From: Vicugna vicugna
Taxonomy: Eukaryota
Reading direction: 5' to 3'
Length of the DNA stretch: 64,000 nucleotides
NCBI GenBank assembly: GCA_013265495.1
Contig: MU063601.1
Coordinates: forward strand, 62,001-126,000
Made by a program: the position numbers and the translations under genes. The notes below the pieces were generated by a model. The model was not told the DNA's origin. It saw nothing but the letters and a program-made list of their open reading frames with translations, and made no database searches. Positions 23,140 through 35,420 of the stretch are shown piece after piece (within the stretch, counting starts at the first letter, position 1; each line of letters begins with the position of its first letter).

Positions 23140-24080
23140 GACGTGTAATGATCTAGGCTTCAGGTCACAATGAAGGGATGAAGGCCTGAACTGAAGCAGA
23201 AACAGTGGGGGTGGAGGAGGAAGGAGGAGATTTATAAGATGTTAAGAGCGTGGTGATTTGTGGGCAGGGCCAGGAGGTGGCAAAGGCGACATCTGAGTCT
23301 CTGGTTGGGTAACAGGGTAAAAGGTGGTGTCATCCATCAAGACTGGGAACCCAGGAGGAGAGGCAGGTCTGCAGGGGAGTAGAGAGTGGTGGGGAGTATG
23401 GTGGGGAGAGTGGTGGGAAGTAGAAAGTTCAGTTTGGGGCATGTTGAGCTTGCTGTGCCTGGAATCATGCATGCATGTAGAGCTGCTGGGTGGCATTTGG
23501 GGGAAGATCTGGGCTGGACATATGGTCTGGGAAGTGACCAACAGAGAGGTGGAAGTTAAAGACCTGGGTACAGATTAAACCTGAGAGGGGGCATGAAGAC
23601 AGGAAGGGAAGGGGGCTGAAAGCAGAACCACAAGGAGCAATGCTGAGCAGGGAGAGCCCCTGGCTACCGAAGAGTGCTGGTCACAGAGGGAGGAGGAGAA
23701 CCAGGGGCTGGAGCTTCACAGAAGCCCAGGGGGAGAGTTTAATGAAGGGAGTGGTCAAAGTGCCCAGCGGTCAGAGTGTTTAGAGAGGGCAAGGAGGAAA
23801 GGCCTGGAGACAGTCCTTTGGATTTGGCAACTAGGAGGTCATTGATGAGTGTGATGGTACCGAGGGGTTGGGCTGAAGGCAAGGGGCGGGGCTGAGAAAC
23901 GAGTGGCAGGGAGGGTGGGAGGAGGCAGGGTGTCGAGTGGCAGGGAGGGTGGGAGGAGGCAGGGTGTCGACTCCCTAGGACTGGTGTGCGACGGGAGGTG
24001 GAGAGTATGTCCATGGGCAAAGAGTTTGTGTCAAACAAGAGTCCGTGTGAAGGTCTGGCTGCAGGCGAGACCAGGGGCAG
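23140..24080 (-). mobile_element. L2 fragment
   Basis: Antisense L2 text (AGTTCAGTTTGGGGCATGTTGAG, GGAAGATCTGGGCTGGACATAT, TTTGGATTTGGCAACTAGGAGGTCATTG). Confidence 0.75.
23901..23968. repeat. Perfect 34-bp tandem duplication
   Basis: GAGTGGCAGGGAGGGTGGGAGGAGGCAGGGTGTC twice (23901-23934, 23935-23968). Confidence 0.95.
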
Positions 24081-26562
24081 CTGGTGTTCTGGGTACAGGA
24101 GGGCCTGGGACGGACTCAGATGCCAGGTGCTTGTGCAACCTGAATGAAAGCTCATCTTTGGGGCCAGCGGAGGGAACTGCGTTGAGAGGAGGCCCCGTCT
24201 TTGTGGCTGGGTTTTCCCTACGCTGCATCTAGTTTCCTTGATTCACTGATTATCTTGGGCCGGTTTTGCTGAATGACTCAGGGGCTTGAGCAAGCTTTGC
24301 TTACTCAGTTTCACTGCTTTGGGGGAGGGGTGGTCGGATTCTTTCCTGATATCTGGGAAACAGTCATTAGATATTAAGAGAAGGATAATTAGGCCCCAGC
24401 TTTAGGGGGAAAAAAGGCTCTCTAAGCAGGAGAGAATCCTAGCGCTTGGATCTGGAAGCAAACAGCTGATGGTGGGCTCCACTTCCTCTCTGCCTCCTGC
24501 TGGGTCTTAATAAAAATAACAATATGAAACAGTTATTGGGAGCTTTCACCCTGGCGAGGCACTATTCTGGGCCTATGGGGCTTGATCTCTGAAGTCAACT
24601 ACTTTGATAATCCTGTTTGACATGAGGAAGTCGAGCGATAGAGAGGTGAAGTCACGTGCCTGGGGCAACCAGCCTGTAACTGGAAGTGCTGAGAAGTGAC
24701 TGCCAGAAGCCTGTGTTCTCTACCCTGTGCGACTCTGCACTTCTGAGGATGTCTCCAGGTGACCCAGCAGGGCCGTGGGATTGGCAAGGGGCCTCCCTGA
24801 TAAAGATCCTCAGGAAATGACTGGAAAACAAGCTTCTCTCCAGCTAGGATTTCTCCTGGGAAGGGACAGGATCCTCTGAGGTTGTTCTGAGGCCCCCTCG
24901 TCACCTGAGACCCCCTTCCTTGGCCTCCCCCCCCCCAGTCCCCACCAGCTTCTAAGCTCAGGGATAAAGGCCCTATTCATTGGGCCCCCTGGAGCTGGTC
25001 TGGAAGCTGGCCCTGCAGTAGCCAGTGATTGGTTCCCCTTCCTCGAGCCTGTCTTCCCTGCACCTCCCTCTGGACTCGACACTTGGTATCTCTTTCCTGT
25101 GTCCCTGAGCCCAGGGCACGTGAGGCCCAGGCGGGCACGGTATCACTTTCTCCCTAAACTGTCCCAGGGACAGTTTTGTATGTTGCCTCTTCTTGCTGTC
25201 AGCACAGACTTCCAGGGGTTCCTGTGGAATCCAGGCTCCGGTAAACACCCGGAGATGAGGAAGTGAGCCAAGCAATGAGCCTGTGATTGCATCAGGGCTG
25301 ACGCATGCCTGCCTTTCCCCCACCTCGGTCTCCAGAGGAGCCCCATGGGGCCAGGCTCAGGCCTGCCCCCCTTCACTCAGCCCAGGAGAGAGACTAAGGC
25401 CAAGGTGAAAAAGAGGGTGCTGGGGAGGGATGTAGATTAAACTGATCCCTCCTTGGCTTGGGAGAGAAACAGCCAACACATGTGAAAGTTGGAGAGGATG
25501 CAAAGATGGTGTGGTCAGAGGAGTGGGTCCAGGGAGGCTGGGACAGTAATGCTCCCAGAGTGCCTACCAGGTGCCATGTGACAATAGTAGCAATAATATC
25601 TGACTTACGGACGCATCAGGAGGCTGAACCAGGAGCTCTACTTCTGTAATAGGAAGTAACTAGCATTTTGTTGTACACTAGTGCCTTCTAATTCGAGCAA
25701 CACTCTTATGAGATGTAGGATGATGGTTACTCTTTTACAAGTGAAGAAAGTGAGACTCAGAGGGGTTAAAGCCCAGAATTATCTCTCAGTTGGGCATTGG
25801 AGAGTCAGGGTTTGGATCCAGGTCTGTCTGTTCTTTGCTTCATCGTTATATATTAATTAATGTAATTTTTCTCAACAGGAGTGGGGTAGTTATTATTAGC
25901 TTTCACTTATAGATGGGGCAGCTGAGGCTCGGGGAAGTGAGTTGACATGCCCGAGGTCATTGTGCGAGTCTCACTTCTTGATACCCTGAATTTGATGTCC
26001 TCATGCTGAATTCATGTGGGTCCCAAGGGAAAGGAACTCCTGCTAGAGTGTTCCTAAGAGTCCTTTTCAATATAGTGTGGATTTCATATCATTTCTCCCT
26101 TCCCTGCAAGGTCACCTCTCTGGGCAGTGATAGAATCAACACCTGCCTCTGTGAAGTCACTTGTCGTACTGGCTTGTGGTCATCTGCTGACCCAGCTTTC
26201 CCTCTGGACTGTCAGCTCTCTGAGGGCCAACTCTGCTGTTCAGTCATCTCTCTCGAACTGCTAGAGCCTGGCCCAGAGGAGGGTTTGTTGGAATGAAGAA
26301 ATGGACACAGTTGAGGAGCTAGGATTAGAATCTAAGTCTTTTGGGCTCCACCAGAGTCATTTCCACTCCTCACCTTGCTGCGGGCCCCTCTCACCAGTGA
26401 GGCCTGGTTACAAAGCAAATAGCCACGGCAGGAGGTCAGCTGATTTAGAATCCTTTTCTTCTCCTCCCCTTTCCTTTTTCGGAAATCAAGGAGAAACGTG
26501 AAGTCTAAAATCTGCCCTGCATCAGTCTCAACCCCCAAGTCAAGGAATGTAAAAGGTGAGGA

Positions 26563-26576
26563 GTTGCCATGGTAAC
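26563..26576. promoter_or_regulatory. Consensus RFX X-box
   Basis: GTTGCCATGGTAAC fits GTNRCC-NN-RGYAAC exactly; binding is not shown. Confidence 0.55.
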
Positions 26577-28129
26577 AAAGTGCCAGGTGTGCTGCTGAAT
26601 ACTTAGTTCCTGCAGCATTGGCAGGGAAGTCCGGCCCAGTGCCTGTCTGAAGGTTTATGTTTTCTGGCTGCAGGGGAGCTGCATTTCATTTGTTCCTCTT
26701 AATGGGACCTTATAGGAGACTTTTGCTCTCCATTGCTTCTATTTTCTTCTAAGTGGAAGGGGAGGGGGAAAAAATCACTTTCCTCCCTCTCTGACCTGCT
26801 CAGAGAAATGCCAGAAGAACACCAGCAGTCCTATCAGAGGCTCTGCTGCCGCTGGTCTTGAAACCCTATCATCACTTAAATCGCTCTATTTTAAAGGTTT
26901 GTGAAAACGGCACCAAATTGATTTTTCCCGTATCAATTCTGTCTGTTATTTCTGTGGTTTCTCTTCTTTTAGTACTGCATTTCCTGGGAGCAGGAGAGCA
27001 AGTCTATATGGAAATTTGAGGTACTCTTATGTGGTCTGGGAACCAAAAAATGAAAGTGTTTCAGTGGGTGCCAAATTGTTTTCCCTTCTTTTACGTACTC
27101 TGTACTTACGTATTTATTTTTTCCTTGGGTCTGTTGAAAAGGATCTGGCTCACAGACTGCAAATTTAATTTAGCTTCAGGCCATAATCACTGTTGAGTGG
27201 AGAATGTTATAACAGAGGGATGGAAAGAGCCTCAGAAGTTACCTGGCTCAGAGGTCCCAAGACTTAAATGTCATCAATAGTCAAGAGTTAAAGTAAGAAG
27301 AGGGGTCCAGATATGGATGTCAGCGTTTACTTTGGCCAAACAAGAACATTAAAGAAAAATAACCATCATTTACTACAACCACTGCTTCATGAAAGAAAGG
27401 ACATTTTAATACCAAAAAAAAGTAGGGAGGTTATAGTCTCAGAATGAAAGCCTATCCCTTAAACCAAATAAATTTAGCATATGAAATTTACCATTTTGTC
27501 CTTAATTTTCTGCTATTCCCATCCACAAGCACCAGTCTGAGGATGGACATTTGAGAAACCATTAATTGGGTTTACCACTACTACCAGTAGTTTTCGGAGA
27601 TAGTGTCTTGGCCTCTGCTCGGATACCTCTGGTGGCTGGGCGCTCATTGCCTTCCCTCTTTGGCTAATTCAAGCTGTTACTTCTTTTTCATCTCCCTTCT
27701 CTCGCCTGCCCTTCTTCAGGCTGGTTATTGTCCCTCCTATAAACTCCCTTATCTCCATTGCTGTTACCACTTTTGTAGTATTTATCTCACAGTGTTGATA
27801 CTTCCATCAACAACTAGAGTGTCAGCTTCCCGAGGGCAGGGTCTAAATCTGTTTACAGTTGGATCCTCAGGCCCATCATACGGCAGAAACTCATCAATAA
27901 TTGTTGACTGAAAGAAAGAAACTTCTACCCACACCAGACTAATGATATTATGAAATAATGATAATAATAATAATCATGAAAATAATACACAAAAATAGCA
28001 CATTACTTAATGTGTACCATATCCTAAGCACTTTGTGTGATTTTGATCAGGGACAGGCTTTTACATAGGGCATTTGGAATAAGATGAAAAAGATAATCTA
28101 TGAAGCATGTTGTTTTAAAAGGAACAGTT

Positions 28130-28620
28130 TCTCTGGAAATTTATCCTACAGAATTCTCCTAGAAGGGCTCCAAGATGTATGTGCCAAAAACGTCCATTGC
28201 AATACTACTTCTATTAGCAAAAAAATGGAAACAATCCAATTACCTATTATTAGGGAACCTGTTAAATAAATTATAGTTCAACCATACTATGGAGGAAACC
28301 TTTAAAGAATAAAGTAGATTTAAATGTACTGACATTGGAAACTGTCTAAGACATATTGTTAAGAGAGACAATCCCATTTCTACTAAACACACAAGTGCAT
28401 GCATATATGAATACACAGGAAAAAATGAAGGCACAGAGAAAAATTGGGAAGAACAATATAATACGAATTGTTAATAGTGCTTCTTTGGGTATCGTTGTGG
28501 GGGACTTTTACTTTATTAAAGCATTCATCTCTAATTAAAAATTTTTTTATAAGAAGCATGTCTTCTTTTTTTAAAGTTTTATCAATGTCTAACTTATATA
28601 CCATAAAATGCACATATAAT
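28130..28620 (+). mobile_element. Old L1ME-type fragment
   Basis: AATTTATCCTACAGA...AAATGGAAACAATCCAATTACCTATTATTAGGG...AAATAAATTATAG...CCATACTATGG. Confidence 0.7.
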
Positions 28621-30199
28621 TTTTAAAGCAGGGGTGGGTAGGTTAAAACACAACTAAAAAAAATGTCTTTTGACACGGAGGCTAATGTAACCTTTTGTCC
28701 TTTTGCCTGTCCTTCTGTTCCCTTCCCCACAATGGGTCCTCCCACCCTCCTCAGGCCCTTGATATCTCTGAGTGGCCTGGGGAACTCCTTTTTTTTTTTT
28801 TTTTTTTTTTTAAAAAATTTTTGACCTGGGCCTATAAAGGGAGAGATTGCACTAGATGACTTCTGAAGTTCCTTCAAACGTTCAGTCAGGTGAATTCGTA
28901 GTCCTGCACTCTCTCCTCCCAAAACTCATTTTCAAGGAGGTGCTCATACTTTAATTTTCATTACATGAAAACGGCAGGTGAGGTCCAGTTTTTCTCTCTT
29001 GTGATGTTGGCATTTTAACAAAAGATGACTATCATTTTCGCCTTAAGCCAAGAAAGGAACCTTCAGGTGTGCAGTTTATATGTACACAAGCTGAGGATAG
29101 GTCCCAGGGTATGTTTGGTGGCGGGGCAGGATAACCTTTTCAACATCCTCAAAAAACATAGCAGTAATCAAGTTAGGACTGTTGGTGTAGAGACAGGTTC
29201 TCGAAGTTACCATTTGTTAAAATGGGAGCTACTGTGCCCCCATAAAATGGGGGAAGATCAAGATTCTGGCCATAGCACCTGACACAATTAAGACAACTGT
29301 GCATCACTGGGGATGGAATCCTCTCAATTTCACAAAGTGACCTCAATTGCCCCACTTAACCTGGTGCTTTGAAGTCTCAGTGTGTAGAAACATTATCACA
29401 GTCAGAAAGCATATATTAAACATTTATACACAAGCAGATAATCTAAGTCACTCTGAAAGAGGTTGCCCTAATGAAAAGAGCTTACATGGTTAAACCAATA
29501 TCCATAATGGAGGTAGCCACATTCTCATTGGGGAAACAGACAGATGGCATAGAGGCTGAGGATGTGGGGCTCAGGACAAATACTCTCTGGGTTCAAATCC
29601 TGACTCCACCACATACTAGCTGGCTGACTGAGGTCAAGTGGCTTGGCTGTTCTTCACTTCAGTTTCTCCATATGTAACACGGGGATAGTAATACTTTCCA
29701 CCTCCTAGGATGGTTGTGAAATTACACTCCTTTATACCTATAGAGGGCTTAGAACAACAGTACTTGGTATAAAGTAAGTGCTCATTAAGTGTCAGCTCTG
29801 AACATCATTCCCTCCTCATTACTTCGTTGTCTGGGCGATTTGCTGCTTCACTTCCAACGGCTCTTGTTTCGCTTGTTAATAACATTCCTTGATATTTCCC
29901 AGCTTCTAAACGGGGAAACTAAGTCTAAGGTATCAGAAAATGCTGTGAACAGAACCAAGCAGCCAGGGCAGCGCCAGGGCTTTAAGTCCTGGCCAAGAGT
30001 CCGCCGCTGATTCTGAGTACTGCCTTGAGCAGGTCCCGCTTTCTTGGCGCTTCAGTTGCCCCGTGTTTAGTAAGAGAAAATAAGGAGGTTGAGCCATGTT
30101 TTTAAAGTTTCCCCTCTTCCCTCGCTGCCAGCTCCTGAAGTCATTTTCTTTCTGAATTTCCAGCTGAAATCCAGTAACACCTGACTGCGGTGGAGAGGG

Positions 30200-30660
30200 G
30201 CATCCTGATAGCTGATTGGCCGTGGGAAGGATCCTGAAGGAGGCCGCGGCCTTCCCCTGCACCAGGCCCGGCCAGGATTCAGCAGCAGCTTTCCAGCTGC
30301 TACCGGCACCGGGGGAGGGAACTCCCGGCCCACGGACCCACCCCCGGAGCGAGCCTTGACGTCTCCCGGAATTCACAGCTCCTCTCCCTCCCTGCTGGGC
30401 TCCCGCGAGCAGCACGCACCCAAGCTCTGATGCTGCGGGCGGCCGCCGGGAGCAAACGCCCAGGGCCTGTGCACGACTCCCGGGGCTTCCCGCGGAAGCT
30501 GATTGGCAAGAGGCGACGGCGGGGGGTAGGGGGTGTTCCCTGCAGCGGTGGTAACCCGCGCCCTGCCTCCTCGGCCTCCGCCGGGGTAAAAGAGGACTGT
30601 AAAATTCCGGAAGAGAGATTAGAGGCCGCGGATGGGTGGGGCGGTGAATCAGTACATTCC
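30200..30660. promoter_or_regulatory. Secondary CpG island with promoter-type motifs, ~4 kb upstream of the PTP4A2 TSS
   Basis: High GC and CpG density; GCTGATTGGC twice (~30211, ~30499), TGACGTC (~30357), GGGGCGG (~30638). Confidence 0.7.
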
Positions 30661-33600
30661 TTCCTCCCTCTGCCTGCCTCCCCCTCCCCGGTTATCACTT
30701 GGGGTGGGGGTGGGGGTTGAGCCCTCTCTTGGCCTTCTCCTGACCAGTCCTCTAGCAGGGTCCAGACAAGCTAAGCAGCGCTGGGAGGAAACTTACCGGG
30801 CTCAGCTGAACTTTGGAGAGCCTGGATCACTTATTTTGCAGCTCATGACCCCATCTGGTTTCGGGTTGGGAAATTTTGGTCGTTGCTTCCAACTGAGTCC
30901 TTTCCATAAGAGTAGTTCACAGGCTTGTCTGTGGGTCTGTCAGTAGCTCCCACTTATTGGGCAAGTCCCTCCTCTGAGGCCGAGCCTGGGCTGCATCAGG
31001 CTGTTTTTTCTTCCTAAAACTTTGCAGTGTAGGCATACCTTATTTCATGTTAGCCAGTCAAGAAATCAGAAAGCTCAGAGAGGTTAGGTAACTTGCCCAA
31101 GGTCACAAAGTGGTGAGCCAGGAATAATTCCAGCTCTATTGGTTTGGTAAATTTCCCACCACACCCTGCAGCTTCCTCTAGACATTGAAAGGCAAGACTT
31201 ATTGGGGGGAGGGAAGTGTAACAACTATGGACTACCTCCCAACCTGCTAAGAACTTTAAATACGTTGTATTTAATGATATAATTTTTTCACAAGCACTCC
31301 CTGAGATAAAGGTGATCACCATGGCCATATTACATAGGAGGCAACGTTAGAAGTTAGGAATTTGAGGGGCAGAGCTGGGGTTCCTGTACAGTAATAGTGC
31401 AAAACCACTGTTAATGTCTGTTTAGTGCTTGACAGTTATAAAGCACTTTCAAGATCTTCATTTTAGAGCTATCCCATTTTGCAGATGAGGATAGAGGTTT
31501 ATTCCTGAAGTTAAGCCATCTGGCCAAGGTCACAAAGCTAATAGCAAACAGCAGAGCCTGTAGTTTTGAAATAAACCCTATAGAGCTAGTAGTAGCAAAG
31601 CTCATCCCATTTATTTTCACAGTGCTGAGTATCATTCTAATCACTGTAATAATAGCTAACATTTATTGAACATTTACTATGAGTCCAGTATGGTGCTACC
31701 TGTGTCATAACTAACTCTTGTCATGCTCAAAACTATGTAATGAGGTAAGTACTGTTTCCTTTTCCATCTTACAAATGGAGAACTTGAGACTAGATGAAGT
31801 AATTTCCCCAAGTTACACAGCAACTTAATAGCAATTCAAGGATGCCTGATAACACAGTCTGGAGTCCCAGGGAGGGAACCAGGCACCTGGGTTGCATCCC
31901 TACTTGTGAATAAAACCACTTCCCTAAGGGTCTTCATTTCTTTGCCACAACACCATTCCATCTTTCTCTAACCCCTGTGTATGGCAGGCCCACACAGCTC
32001 CAGCTCTCAAAGAGCTAATGCTCCATAAAATCAGTCTAGAATACTGCCAGCTTTGCTTCACAGGGGCACTGGGAGGATTAATAAGCTAATGGTACTTGGA
32101 ATGCTTCAGCAAAGGCACTGAATAAACTCAGGGCACTTATTATGTGTAAAACTCACTGCCAAGGGTGGTTCACACTGTAATAAGGTGCCTGCAGCCCAGT
32201 TCTTGATCTGTTGGAGGTGTACAGCCTTCCTTGGGAAACCATTTGGGTGAGGTCATTCATGTCAGAGGTTAGAACATTTCCCTGCTGTCTTGGGGGTGTG
32301 GGGTGCCATGGTCTCAAGCCTTTTGCTCCCAGAAGGGGGTGGTTTCCAATATCTCAGAAGGGATTCCAGCTTAATCTGAGGGATACCAGTTATTGACTGG
32401 AGTCAGAGGCAGACATCTGGGCTGAGTCTTGCTTTTTGTTACTTTGTCTTTCTGAGCCTCCAACTCTTTGCAAAATGAGGATAATAACAATTTTCTCATA
32501 GGGTTATTTTGAAGCACAAACTTGATTATGTATTTAAAAACACCGTGCCCAGGGCTTAGAATAGAGTAGATGCTTAATAAACGGCACCATTATCGTAGCC
32601 ATTATTGTTATCCTTATGTTGTTATTATTTATTTACTGACATTTAAGGACCAGGCTGAGAGCTGAATGGAGGGAAGATTCATTCATTTGCTCAACAATCT
32701 TGTACGCTGCTCCCAGTAAGTCAGTCTAAATAGTAGAGAACATGAAAATAGGCATTTATAGTACATGTGATAAGTGCTATGATAGGGAATTGCATAAGGT
32801 GTTTTTAGACTTTAGCGGAAGAGTCAGTAACCAGGAGGCTCAGTAAAATTTTTGCAGAGGGTGTAGGTCTCTGTTTCAAGTCTGCACCTCGAGGAAGTGG
32901 AAAATGCTGCCCGCTGGAGGCAGGTAGAATGTGAGAGCCGCAGCCCTCACCCAAAGGGCCTTGATTCTGATCTGCAGCCCCTCTTGGTTCAGGGCCTCTT
33001 AACTCCCACACAGCCCTGCCAGCCAGCCTTGCCCTGGAATACCTCCTCCTGGGCCACCTGCTGGTGGTGAACATCCTGGGTTCTGTGCTTTGGCCTGATG
33101 GAGCTGAGTCATAAGACTTTTCTTTTTCCTGCTAAGCTCTAATGGAAGCCTTCTGGTCTGGAGCACAGCCCCAGGCCTGCCCAGTGGGGAAGGCCTAATG
33201 ATGACTACTGACCATTGCTTCTTTCCACAGGGCCGAGTGAATGTGTGTGGTGGTGAGGCGGGTGGGTGGGGAGAGGCAGCCCAAGGGACAGGAGTCCCTT
33301 CTAGATAGATGCCAGTTCTGAGGACAGAGCTCCTCCCTGCCCCTCCAACTCGCATGAGCAAGCCTTCCCTCTTCCTCTAAGCTAGCCTCCAGTGCCTCTT
33401 TCTGACTGCCATATGGCCGTGGCCCAGACCAGTCTCCCGGCTCACCTGGTGACCACATTTTCCAAACCAAAACTCAGAAAGCATGGTCTGACAGAGTTAA
33501 CGAATTTCAGGCCACCTTCTAAATGCAAGAGAGACTGAGATCTCTAGTATAATCCCCGGCATTAAAGAGGACATTCTATGGAAACCTTGAAATTCATGGT

Positions 33601-33949
33601 CTCCTCTTTATCAGGTATTTTTCATACATTATATCATTGACATGTGAAAGAACCCCATGAGGCAGCTGATAACTATTTCCATTTAATAGTTGAAAGTATG
33701 CAGAGAAAGGAAATAACTTGCCCAAGCTGCTACATCCCGGAAGTTTTAATTTTGATCTGTTACCGGGGGTTTCTAGGTCTGGGTGCGTACGTGTGTGTGT
33801 GTGTGTCTCACCAGCAGCGAGTGGGGGGTGGGGAATGCAGAAATATCCTTCGCAATTGCAGACGCACACGCCATTTATTTGCGACCTCGGGAAAGGGCAG
33901 CCAAGAACTGAACTGCCCGGGTTCTCACTTCTGGGTTGGAAATCCCCTA

Positions 33950-34930
33950 GCAAAGGGCTCGGTCGCCACCGGGTCCCATCAGGTTCTGGCCCCAGGCCTC
34001 ACGGGCCATGGCTGCGGGAAAAAGCCCTTCGACCTTGAGGGTCACCCCGGGGCCTCGAGCCCTTGTCTGGCCCAGGTGCAGATGGGCGGACCGCGGCGTG
34101 GACACACTGCCCAGCCAGGTTCTGCACCCCCCACCCCCGGTCACATGGACGCGCCTTACGCAGCCAGAAGTGCGGAGGCGAACGAACCACGAGGAGGAGC
34201 GTGGGAGGCGCCGAGGGCAGTGGGTCAGAGCCCCGCGGGGCAGGTGGGCGGGTCCCGCCGCCCAGAGCCGGCCCTCCAGCCAGTCAGCGGGCGCCGAGGG
34301 CGGGCCGACGGGCGCGCGCGCCGCGCCCCGTAGCGCCCCCTGAGGGGCGGCGGCGGGAGCTGGTTCCGGCTGCGCGCGCAGCGGTGGTGGCGGCGGCGCG
34401 ATCGGCCGAGCTGTAACCGTCGTCCGTCCCGTAGCGGCTGGAGCGGCAGGGGCGGCCGGGTACGGCGCGAGGCGACGCCACTGGGCAGCGGCGGCAGCGG
34501 GGACAGCGNNNNNNNNNNNNNNNNNNNNNNNNNNNNNNNNNNNNNNNNNNNNNNNNNNNNNNNNNNNNNNNNNNNNNNNNNNNNNNNNNNNNNNNNNNNN
34601 NNNNNNNNNNNNNNNNNNNNNNNNNNNNNNNNNNNNNNNNNNNNNNNNNNNNNNNNNNNNNNNNNNNNNNNNNNNNNNNNNNNNNNNNNNNNNNNNNNNN
34701 NNNNNNNNNNNNNNNNNNNNNNNNNNNNNNNNNNNNNNNNNNGCGTGAGTGCGCTGCTCCCGGGCGGCCCCCGCGCCGGCTCCCGGGGCCTCCGGGCAGG
34801 GAGGGCGGGAGGCGCCGCAGCCATTAGTGCAGGCCCGAGACACGTCCCCGGAAGGAGGGCCGGGCCGGGGCCGGGGGCGGGGGAAGCGGGGCCGGGAAGC
34901 GTGGAGAGCGAGGGTGGGTGAGGAAGGGGG
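33950..34930 (+). promoter_or_regulatory. PTP4A2: PTP4A2 CpG-island promoter
   Basis: Very GC- and CpG-rich block with GC boxes, no TATA; contains the first splice donor (GC|GTGAGT at 34744/34745). Confidence 0.9.
34370..34744 (+). other. PTP4A2: PTP4A2 exon 1 (non-coding 5' UTR); start approximate, 34509-34742 is N
   Basis: GGC-rich leader inside the CpG island ending at a strong GTGAGT donor at 34745; position fits the known non-coding first exon of PTP4A2. Confidence 0.7.
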
Positions 34931-35420
34931 AAATCGCGCGTGTGGGAGGGGGAGGGACGTGTGCTGAGCGCAAGAATGTTGAGTGCGGGGGGAAATGTGC
35001 GTGCGTGAGGGCGAGAGTGTGAGTTGAGGAGAGGGCTGAGTGTGCATGTGGGGGGAGAGAGAACGTGAGGGTGAAAAAATGTGGATGGGAGAGGGCAGTC
35101 TCCGGGTGTGAGTCGAGGGGGATTTGGAGTAGGGGGGCGCAGGGGAGGACAGTGGATGGAGGGTGGAGGGGATAGCGCGTGTAGATGAGTGTGAGTGAGT
35201 GTAAGGAAGAGCTAGTGGGGAGCGTGTGGGAACGAGTGAGTGGGGATAATGAGTGTGTAGGGGAGAGTGGGGTAAATGAGGGGAGAGTGAGTAAGTGGGG
35301 GAGGGAGAGTAGCGTGCGTGGGGTAGAGTGGTGGCGGGGGAGAACGTGAGCGCAGTGAGAGGGAGGTTGGCGAGAAGGTGAATGGCAGGTGGGGGAGAGT
35401 GCCTGCGATTGTCCAGTATG
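34930..35420 (+). repeat. G-rich, C-poor low-complexity tract at the start of intron 1
   Basis: Repeated GGGAGAGTG/GTGAGT/GTGGGG words; the - strand ORFs here are low-complexity His/Pro/Ser/Thr/Leu artefacts. Confidence 0.85.

Noticed and set aside
22570-25125. Three CACGTG E-boxes suggesting clock or MYC control
   Set aside because: Spread over 2.5 kb of partly repeat-derived DNA; three 6-mers are not enough without conservation data.
29933-30946. ORFs of 88-160 aa across the upstream CpG island
   Set aside because: Overlapping on both strands, rich in G/A/R/P, no homology recognised; expected in GC-rich DNA.
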